From: Candidatus Muiribacteriota bacterium | GTDB taxonomy: Bacteria; Muiribacteriota; Muiribacteriia; Muiribacteriales; Muiribacteriaceae | Length of the DNA stretch: 12,815 bases | Reading direction: 5' to 3' | Assembly: GCA_051747805.1 (NCBI GenBank) | Contig: JBNJGP010000076.1 | Location: forward strand, 1 to 12,815 | Shown: positions 8,436-12,815 of the stretch, one piece after another | How the letters are laid out: each line of letters starts with the position of its first letter | Numbering within the stretch: the first letter of the stretch is position 1 | Translations under genes and position numbers: made by a program | The notes under the pieces: generated by a model | What the model saw: the letters and a program-made list of their open reading frames with translations, nothing else | Told to the model about the DNA's origin: nothing | Database searches by the model: none

Positions 8436-9242
8436 ATGATTTCAAAAAATTATATAATTGCCTCAGATTTTGTGCAGAAAAATTTTTATAAAGATTTAAT
8501 TATTGGGGTTTACAACAAAGACTTTAATTTTGAAACAGGTCAGGAAAATATACTTGATATTTATGTTTTTTCAAAAAAACATAATCTGCTGGACTGGGTA
8601 TGGGGGGCACCGTGCTGGAATGACAGAGAGATTGAATTCCCGATATATACCTGGGAGTTTCTTGATAATATTTTAAATAATGTTTTTAATATTAAAAATA
8701 AAGTTTTAATCACCGACCATAAAGAATTGCCACGGTATATGAACTGGAAAAAAGAAAACAAGCAGCCGGCAAAAAAGTTCAGTCTGAATTTAATTGAATC
8801 TTTTGACAATTACTCTGATTATAATATCCAAAAAAAGCTTGCCAGGATTTATCTTATAAAAATACAACTTTTTTTAAATTATATGGATACAGATAGTATA
8901 CCAATGTACCTCAAAAATATCGGAGTTTTATACAATGAGCTGAATCTATATAATAAAGCTTTGTTTTTTTTGAAAAAGGCGTTAAGATTAAATAATAACT
9001 GTGATATAAAAGATGAGACTGGAATTACTCTGATAAAATTAAAAAAGTATAAAATTGCGCTGAGGTTTCTTAAAAATTCAAATACAAGGAAAGCTCAAAG
9101 CTGCCTTGCCTACAGCTATAAAATGACGGGTGATTTAGAGAAAGCTTTAAATATTTTAAAAAAACTGTACGATGAGCAGGAAGAAACCTGGATAAAAAAT
9201 GATATAGAGTTTATAAAAAATGAGCTTGATAAAAAAAATTAA
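8436..9242 (+). CDS. Tetratricopeptide-repeat protein with an uncharacterised N-terminal domain
   Basis: About 3 C-terminal TPR-like helix pairs (YLKNIGVLYNELNLYNKALFFLKKALRLN; AQSCLAYSYKMTGDLEKALNILKKL). ATG at 8436, with AAGGA at 8422-8426, is preferred over the track's TTG at 8427. Confidence 0.75.
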   Translation: MISKNYIIASDFVQKNFYKDLIIGVYNKDFNFETGQENILDIYVFSKKHNLLDWVWGAPCWNDREIEFPIYTWEFLDNILNNVFNIKNKVLITDHKELPRYMNWKKENKQPAKKFSLNLIESFDNYSDYNIQKKLARIYLIKIQLFLNYMDTDSIPMYLKNIGVLYNELNLYNKALFFLKKALRLNNNCDIKDETGITLIKLKKYKIALRFLKNSNTRKAQSCLAYSYKMTGDLEKALNILKKLYDEQEETWIKNDIEFIKNELDKKN

Positions 9243-10698
9243 AATTAAAAACAAATATTTATGTGAGTACATTGCCCTTCCGGATATTAATCCAGATATG
9301 ATTTTACAATGTATTAATAAACCGGAACTTTTTTTTGAACTTGATGGTTTTTTTTCCTTTATAATAAAAAACTTAAACACAAATGAATTAATAATGGTTA
9401 CAGATAGTTTTTCAAGTTATAAAATTTATTATAAACTTGATGTGCCAAAAGCCTCTTTCAGAATTTTTAAATCAAATAATTTATCAGAAAAGGGAGTTAG
9501 ATATTATTTTAAGTATAGGTTTATACCTGCTCCGTATTCTTTTTACAAAGATGTTTTTTCAGTGCCACCCGCAACTTATTTAAAAATTCGGGGTTCAAAA
9601 ATTATATCACAAAAAACCGCTTGTTTTGAATATAATAAACGGCATATTACAGAAAATGAGTTTGATTATTTTATAAATAATAAAATATCGACTTTTTTAA
9701 AAAAACTATCAGATGAAGAGGCGGGGGTGTTTTTATCAGGTGGTATGGACTCCTCGGCAATTACGTATTTTCTGAGCAAAAAATATAAGAATTTAACCGC
9801 CTATTCTTCAATATTTCCCGGCAGGCCTTTTGATGAAAACAGGTACAGCTCATATGTGAGTTCAAAAACCGGGGTAAAACATAAAAAAATTCAGCTTAAA
9901 TGTTCAGATTATGTTGATTTCTGGGAAAAAATGCCTGAGATTTTTTCTCAGCCTGTTTCTTCGCATACCGGGGTGAATTTTTACAATATTATGAAAAACA
10001 GCGATAAAAAAATATTTTATACTGGTTATGGTGGAGATGAACTTTTTGGCGGAGATATAAAATATTTTCATTCCTGCACAGTGGATAATTACAGTAATTT
10101 TTTAAAAAGAAAGGGAATTGACCTTAATATTTCAGGTACGGCTCTTTTTAAAAGTTTTGTGAGTTTTTATGATAATAGAGAAGAACTTCCGGTTGCTGAT
10201 AATAAAAGTCTGCTTTCTGCCCTTACCGAGTATAATCTAACCTACTGGCAACCGGAATATGAAAACTTTATTTTATCCAGTATTAGTTTATATTTAAATA
10301 AATATTACGTGGCCCCTTATCTTTTAAGAAGTTTTTGTAGTCGGGTTAATTTACTTAAAGATGAATATAAAATAAACGGGCTTATAACAAGGTATATTTA
10401 CAGGAAATGGATTTCAAAAATATTTTCAAAATCATTTGCTTTCAGACAGAGTCAGGGTTTTTCTGCTCCTTTAAACGATTATTTTAAAAATGAATTAAAA
10501 GAATATGCAGCCTGTAAATTAAAACATTTTATAGAGAGGAAAAATTTTTCTAAATTAGTAAATGCTGAAATTATAAATCAGAAGTTTGATGAGCTTCAGA
10601 ACGGGCATAATACATATAATTATGTGCTGTCAGTTATTATTTTTGAAAATTTTTTAAAAAAGGTTGAAGAAAATGAAGGTTCTCTTTGTATATCCTGA
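9220..10698 (+). CDS. Asparagine synthetase (AsnB)-like ATP-dependent ligase with a degenerate glutaminase domain
   Basis: PP-loop GVFLSGGMDSS (SGGMDS at 9736-9753), YTGYGGDELFGG, GFSAPL and IPAPYSFYKDVFSVPPA. No N-terminal Met-Cys. Overlaps the upstream gene by 23 nt. Confidence 0.85.
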   Translation: MSLIKKIKIKNKYLCEYIALPDINPDMILQCINKPELFFELDGFFSFIIKNLNTNELIMVTDSFSSYKIYYKLDVPKASFRIFKSNNLSEKGVRYYFKYRFIPAPYSFYKDVFSVPPATYLKIRGSKIISQKTACFEYNKRHITENEFDYFINNKISTFLKKLSDEEAGVFLSGGMDSSAITYFLSKKYKNLTAYSSIFPGRPFDENRYSSYVSSKTGVKHKKIQLKCSDYVDFWEKMPEIFSQPVSSHTGVNFYNIMKNSDKKIFYTGYGGDELFGGDIKYFHSCTVDNYSNFLKRKGIDLNISGTALFKSFVSFYDNREELPVADNKSLLSALTEYNLTYWQPEYENFILSSISLYLNKYYVAPYLLRSFCSRVNLLKDEYKINGLITRYIYRKWISKIFSKSFAFRQSQGFSAPLNDYFKNELKEYAACKLKHFIERKNFSKLVNAEIINQKFDELQNGHNTYNYVLSVIIFENFLKKVEENEGSLCIS

Positions 10699-12073
10699 GA
10701 GCGGATATAATAAATGGAATAATATAAGTTTTAAAAATGGAAGATATTATCATGGTGTTGGTATTTTATCCTCTTTTCTAAAAAGCAGGGGACATGAAAC
10801 TGCTTTATGCCATATACTGAGTAAATTTAAAGAAAAACAGGTTAAACATAAAATCCAGCAATTTAAACCTGATTTAATTTGTGTTTCTTCTACAACACAT
10901 ATGCTTGGCGAAATTATTAAAATAGATGAGTTTTTATTTTCAGAGTATAAAAATATTCCAGGAGTAATTGGTGGCGCAATTGTAAGTGTTGAGCCTGAAC
11001 TTGTCCATAAGTTCAAATACCTTAAAAGGGCTGTTGTGGGAGACGGGGAACTTGCAATTATAAATATTTTAAAAAATATAGAAAAAAAACTCCCCGCTTT
11101 TAAAGGTATCCCCAATGTTTATACAAAAGGAGATAAATCTGATATTAAAGTTAAATGTATAAAGGATTTAAATACCATACCGTTTGCGGACAGGGAAATA
11201 TTTGAATTTGAAAAACTTGATGATTATAAATGGTTTAAAAGACTTCCCGTAATTACTTCCCGTGGTTGCCGGTTCTCATGTTCTTTCTGTGTTAATTCTG
11301 CCCTTAAAAAATTTTATGCTAAAGATGATTTTATGAGATTTAGAAGTCCAGAAAATATTGTGTCAGAAATTTTAAAGAATTTAAAAAAATATCCTGAAAT
11401 CGACCATATTCAGTTTCAAAGTGATTTATTTTTTAAAAACATAGACTGGTTAAAGAAGTTTAAAAAAGAGTATAAAAAAGTTAATCTGCCCTTTCACTGT
11501 CTTTTAAGGGTAGAGCAGGTAAATAACCAAGTGCTCCATTTGCTGAAAAAATCGGGGTGTGAGCTTATATTGATGGGGGTTGAATCAGGTGATGATAATT
11601 TAAGGTTGAAAACTGGGAAAAATCTAAAAAGAAAAAAAATAATTAAAGCGTTTGAAAAAATAAAAAAATTTAATATTAAATCTGGAACGTTTAATATAAT
11701 GGGACTTCCCGGTGAATCTTTAGACAGTGTACTTGAATCTTTTAAGATTAATGCAGATATTAATCCTGACCTGGCTCAAATTTCAATTTTTTATCCGTAT
11801 AAAAATACTGATATTTATGATAATATTAAAAATATGATAAGAAGTGATAAAAACTGTTTTAAAACTTATTTTGAAAAATCCCTACTTGAAAAGAAATATT
11901 TAATAAAAGATTTTTATTTTTATTATAAAAACTTTCTGAAATTTACCCAGCTTTATAAATATTTTAAATCACCTTTTCAGAGAAAATTGCTTGATGTTTT
12001 TATAAAAAGTAAGGTAGTAAATAAAAAAATTATTTCAAAAGTAAATGAGGATATTTTCAGAATAATATTTTAA
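10673..12073 (+). CDS. B12-binding domain radical SAM protein (class B methyltransferase-like)
   Basis: N-terminal Rossmann-like cobalamin domain (MKVLFVYP, GVGILSSFLKSRGH, PDLICVS, VIGG, VVGDGE). Core motifs ITSRGCRFSCSFC, RFRSPENIVSEI, GVESG and IMGLPGES. ATG at 10673 is preferred over TTG at 10664. Confidence 0.92.
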   Translation: MKVLFVYPESGYNKWNNISFKNGRYYHGVGILSSFLKSRGHETALCHILSKFKEKQVKHKIQQFKPDLICVSSTTHMLGEIIKIDEFLFSEYKNIPGVIGGAIVSVEPELVHKFKYLKRAVVGDGELAIINILKNIEKKLPAFKGIPNVYTKGDKSDIKVKCIKDLNTIPFADREIFEFEKLDDYKWFKRLPVITSRGCRFSCSFCVNSALKKFYAKDDFMRFRSPENIVSEILKNLKKYPEIDHIQFQSDLFFKNIDWLKKFKKEYKKVNLPFHCLLRVEQVNNQVLHLLKKSGCELILMGVESGDDNLRLKTGKNLKRKKIIKAFEKIKKFNIKSGTFNIMGLPGESLDSVLESFKINADINPDLAQISIFYPYKNTDIYDNIKNMIRSDKNCFKTYFEKSLLEKKYLIKDFYFYYKNFLKFTQLYKYFKSPFQRKLLDVFIKSKVVNKKIISKVNEDIFRIIF

Positions 12074-12085
12074 GGAGTACAAAAT

Positions 12086-12424
12086 ATGAAAATAACAATT
12101 AAGGAGAGAGGCGAGGCTGTTGTTTTAAAAATTATCGGAAACATTAAATATGATGATATAGATTATTTTGTAGAAGTTGTTGAGGGGGAATTCCGCCGAG
12201 GAACAAAGAAATTCGTGTTTGATCTCTCGCAGATGCCGTATATTAACAGTGCAGTTATTGGTCAGTTTGTTAATATTTTAAAAAAAGTTAATCAGTTTAA
12301 CGGAAAAATTGCCTTCTGTAATGTAAGACCCTATATTCAGAATATAATTGAAATAACCGGCTTAAGCGGAATTTTTCATATATCACCTGATGTTTCGTCT
12401 GCCCTGCGTGCTGTTAGAAAATGA
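12086..12424 (+). CDS. STAS-domain anti-sigma factor antagonist (SpoIIAA/RsbV-like)
   Basis: 112 aa with VVLKIIGNI, FVFDLSQMPYINSAVIG, GKIAFCNV and IIEITGL. SD AAGGAG just upstream. Confidence 0.9.
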   Translation: MKITIKERGEAVVLKIIGNIKYDDIDYFVEVVEGEFRRGTKKFVFDLSQMPYINSAVIGQFVNILKKVNQFNGKIAFCNVRPYIQNIIEITGLSGIFHISPDVSSALRAVRK

Positions 12425-12427
12425 AAT

Positions 12428-12455
12428 TAATTTTTTGTAATTTAATTCCCGATAG
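12428..12455 (+). promoter_or_regulatory. Putative sigma-28-type promoter for the 96-aa gene
   Basis: TAAT-N16-CCCGATAG, the same spacing and CCGATA core as the site at 4093-4120, ending 7 nt before ATG 12463. Confidence 0.5.
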
Positions 12456-12462
12456 TTAATCT

Positions 12463-12753
12463 ATGAAAGAAAGTCTTTATATTAAAAATCAAATAGAAAA
12501 AATGAAAGAAAAAATTATTTTTCTAGAGAAAGAAAACATTGAGCTGAAAAAGGAAAATAATAATATGAAGGCTAAATTAAATTCACAAAAAGGGATATTT
12601 CATAAGTTAAGCGATTTTATAAACGGTCATACAACTTTTGAGTTTGTTTTTCCAAAAAACACCAGAGAAACTGATAAAGCTGAAAAAGAGTTTATAGATA
12701 AAAAAGAGTATGTAGATACAGCAATTCTCAATGAAAATAGAGAAAATCCTTGA
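12463..12753 (+). CDS. Hypothetical protein with N-terminal coiled coil
   Basis: Heptad pattern IKNQIEKMKEKIIFLEKENIELKKENNNMKAKL. Same strand and composition as neighbours. No family recognised. Confidence 0.7.
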   Translation: MKESLYIKNQIEKMKEKIIFLEKENIELKKENNNMKAKLNSQKGIFHKLSDFINGHTTFEFVFPKNTRETDKAEKEFIDKKEYVDTAILNENRENP

Positions 12754-12759
12754 TTTGAT

Positions 12760-12813
12760 GGGGTCAGCGCCGACATCACTTTGCGAAAAAGCAAAGTGTG
12801 TAGGCCTGACCAC
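12760..12813. repeat. GC-rich imperfect palindrome / stem-loop
   Basis: GGTCAG(12762-67)/CTGACC(12806-11), GCC/GGC, ACA/TGT and CACTTTGC(12777-84)/GCAAAGTG(12791-98), with loop GAAAAA; 20 canonical pairs. Confidence 0.8.
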
Positions 12814-12815
12814 TA

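Noticed and set aside
8056..9380. Minus-strand ORFs 8056-8271, 8561-8809 and 9156-9380 as possible RiPP precursors
   Set aside because: All lie antisense within well-supported genes, are F/I/K-biased, and show no leader or core features.
9220..10698. Lasso peptide gene cluster
   Set aside because: No transglutaminase-like B2 peptidase, PqqD/RRE protein or precursor ORF is visible in the window.
10750..11115. 121-aa minus-strand ORF
   Set aside because: Antisense to the B12-binding domain of the rSAM gene.
4157..12060. Poly-A/T runs and a G6 run (8602-8607) as phase-variation tracts
   Set aside because: Expected in Lys/Phe-rich, AT-rich genes; all frames are intact.
12463..12753. FlgM, RsiG or ZapB identity for the 96-aa protein
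   Set aside because: The IDKKEYVDTAI tail only faintly resembles FlgM (no Gly, wrong spacing), there is no RsiG ExxxSxxRxxxQxxxD motif, and the coiled coil covers under half the protein.
12607..12813. 68-aa minus-strand ORF
   Set aside because: Runs through the palindrome and antisense to the 96-aa gene; no supporting features.
1..12815. CRISPR array, tRNA/rRNA, transposase or alternative genetic code
   Set aside because: No spaced DNA repeats, RNA gene signatures or transposase motifs seen; genes are full length under the standard code, with TGA, TAA and TAG used as stops.

Overview
AT-rich bacterial window with two divergent units. Minus strand (1..4053, absent from the ORF track because it has no stop inside the window): a >1351-aa lipoprotein with about 12 tandem fibronectin type III (FN3) domains followed by an NHL-like beta-propeller region. 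Plus strand (4154..12424): a tightly packed, largely overlapping gene string encoding an orphan PhnD-family binding protein, a membrane sensor with HAMP-GAF and a degenerate GGDEF domain (ESDEF), a radical SAM enzyme with SPASM/twitch domains on both sides of the core, a TPR protein, an asparagine-synthetase-like ligase with a dead glutaminase domain, a B12-binding radical SAM enzyme and a STAS anti-anti-sigma factor. A small coiled-coil gene and a GC-rich hairpin follow. Two sigma-28-like promoters (TnAn-N16-CCGATA) precede the FN3 gene and the coiled-coil gene. The best candidate for an undescribed system is this sensor + radical SAM tailoring + partner-switch operon; its substrate cannot be determined from this window.
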